Source: Macrostomum hystrix (Eukaryota; Animalia; Platyhelminthes). Taken from it: 64,000 nucleotides of DNA. Below, piece by piece: positions 61,619 to 64,000 of this stretch. Made by a program: the position numbers and the translations under genes. Position 1 is the first letter of the stretch, and each line of letters begins with the position of its first letter. A model generated the notes under the pieces. That model was not told where the DNA came from and did not search any database. It saw only the letters and a program-made list of their open reading frames with translations. Where the stretch lies: contig CATNEN010000007.1 in assembly GCA_950097015.1 (NCBI GenBank), positions 13,144,001 through 13,208,000 of the forward strand, given 5' to 3'.

Positions 61619-64000
61619 GGCATAAGTCTTCAACGCACAACGTGGGGGAAAACTTCCATAAATAAATAGGCCGACGAGGGCAACATCGCAGCAAACAAAT
61701 TATGTGCGCACCAGGTACTGAGGGCAGTAAGCTACGCTCTCAGCCACAGGTCTCAACTTAACTGAAAGACAAATTACAAAATCTCCGATCGCCAGGTCAC
61801 AGCCACTTCAGAATGCTCGCTAGCAGAAGTGCATCGACAGGGAGGGTGCGAGCGCAGTGCATCCGTTCGTCAATTGAGAGGGAGAGAGAGATGAGAAGAA
61901 GCGGCTCAGTGCTCAAGCAGCTGAGCGGAGCCGGATACGTTTCCTGGGGTGACACCGGGGCAGGCAAATTGAGGTCGAGGTGACAAACTGCTCGAGCTAT
62001 ACTCTCATAGCAATCAGTTCTGTAGATGCTGCTTCTCAGATTCTCAGGAGCGCTTATTAGGCGTGTTTAATTTTCTTTTGAAAGATTTGACTTGAGAACC
62101 CGAATCTGTTCGAAAGCAGATACAGAAGATTGCACAGGCAAATACGCTTACAGAAAATTAACTGGCCCCAACGTATGCAGCTGTCAGCGGCTGAGGCTGG
62201 CAGCACAGATGAGGAGAAACAGAGACGGGTGAGTCGTCGGATATGAGATATACGCTCGTAAGTGGAGAGGATTCAGGGAAAGCCAAGGTAACTTTCGAGC
62301 CAACTGGTGCGATGGGGAAGGCGATGCAGAGCCGAGAGGGGATGTAATTATTTTGATTACGTAATGCGAAATACCGGCTGGCTGGATTCTGGGGGTAAAG
62401 CTATGAATCGGGAAGGGGGCTGCGACCAAGGAGAGAAATGCCGACACTTTGCTGACTCCCAAATTTCGGGCTCTTCCTTAAATCTTTTGCGCCGCGCCCG
62501 TGGGAGTTGCATGAGGGATAGCTACATGTGACCCTCATAGGCATGGGAGATGGGAGCAGGCGCTTGCTCACTCATACTCTTTCTTCATCATTCGTCCCCT
62601 CTTCAGAGGAGTCCAGAGAACGCCATCCCGTGAGAGAAAGTTTTGTTTGCTGCATTCGCTACAAAAGAATAGCGCACAGATAAGCACAGAGGAAAGGATG
62701 CCTGAACGGGTGTAGAGTGAGTGCCAAAGAAAGTCTTTTTCAGAAGCCCATTCAGGTCATTTTTTATTTTTGTGTTCGTAGATCGATAAAAGCTAAAAAC
62801 TAATAGATAACTAGGTATAGATAGATTGATAGATAGATACGAAGTCAGGGTTGTCTCCAGATAGCAAGCAAAAAATGATTGAAATACTGCAATTGCTCTG
62901 TTTCAGGCTACAATTGTCGCAGGTTTTGCCTCTTGAAACACAGAATTCGCTCTGCCGCCAGCAATTAACGTATATTGGTCGCTGTGGTGAGCTCTATGCA
63001 TCAGTGATCTGGAATGGATGAGAAATGGACTGGAATAGGGGCCATGTGCGATGGAGGGACTGTGGAAGCTGGAGCGTAACGGATGAAGCCTGGCGGGCCG
63101 GGGAGAATGAGATCATGACAAAGTAGCGGCAATTAGTGTCGGCCTGGCACCGGCAGAGACGGAAGGGTCTCCCGCGTGGTTGCGGGGCGAGGCAGCTCAA
63201 TTGGTCTCCGAGCGTGTATACGGGAGCGCCTGGCAGGCTGGGAAATGAGGCTCCTCCATCTTGTCGGACAGGGAGTTGGGGCGGGGCGGGGATCTGCATA
63301 GCTGCATCTGGGAGAAGCCGGGCAAGTTCTGCTCGGCCTGATTATGCGCATCGAGTTCGGCAGGGCTGACGTGAGCTGCAGCCACTTCTTAGCGCAATCT
63401 GGCTGCGGTGGGCCAATCCTATGGCAGAGCCCGCTGGGTAGGGATTTTTTTAATAAAAAGCTTCTCAGGAAACGCGACTCGTTGGAGAGGCAGGGAAGCG
63501 GCTGCGACTTTGAGCTGAAGTAGACTGGGGAGAAGAAATAGTTGAAATTAATACTGAACTAATATGCATCGTAGACTGCAAATCCGATTGCGTCATCGCG
63601 AGTTGCTCACCAGTCTCCGCTCTTTCACTCCCCTGCTTGTTTCAGCCACGGCGAAGCGAACGACATCCTTGTAGCATAATTTAGTCACGGCTAATTGCAG
63701 TGCGCTGGAAACTGGGAGGCGATCGCGGCTCAGAGGCTGTGCTGTCAGCTCCACTTACGCAATCCTACAGGAGCTCAAATCCCATCTAAATATGATATCC
63801 CTATAGTCCCATGAAAAGTAAATCACAAACGTTCAGTGCTAGCCAAAACTTGCCGTGCAGGACATTCCGGAGACCCATGGAACAAAGATTGCCGACCTAA
63901 TTAGCTCACAAGAGACACTTACTAAAGCTCGGGATTTTGCCTTAAATTAAGCCGGGATTGGAATCCGGGCTTAAAGCCAAGAGACCACTACAAAAAGCTT

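Overview
Eukaryotic, intron-containing animal genomic DNA. The gene set and the distinct minisatellite in many introns resemble the flatworm Macrostomum lignano (inference, not checked). All recognisable host genes are on the minus strand: a delta-type protocadherin with 7 cadherin repeats (33036-43885); a 13-exon DLC1/STARD13/cv-c family SAM-RhoGAP-START gene (9503-31538), assembled by hand with phase-consistent GT-AG junctions; an uncharacterised 3-exon gene (2861-5700); and a partial, possibly degenerate gene running off the left edge. Mobile DNA: an internally deleted Ty3/Gypsy element with near-identical LTRs inserted into a minisatellite; a deleted Ingi-like LINE that keeps a 5' HDV-like ribozyme fold and a frameshifted 2A (StopGo) motif; a mariner-type MITE; and a 38-bp perfect palindrome with an 8-bp TSD that looks like a P-element excision footprint. 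About 23 unrelated tandem arrays are present. Several contain splice junctions or start just after splice donors. No CRISPR, rRNA or tRNA was seen, and 44-64 kb has no recognisable CDS.
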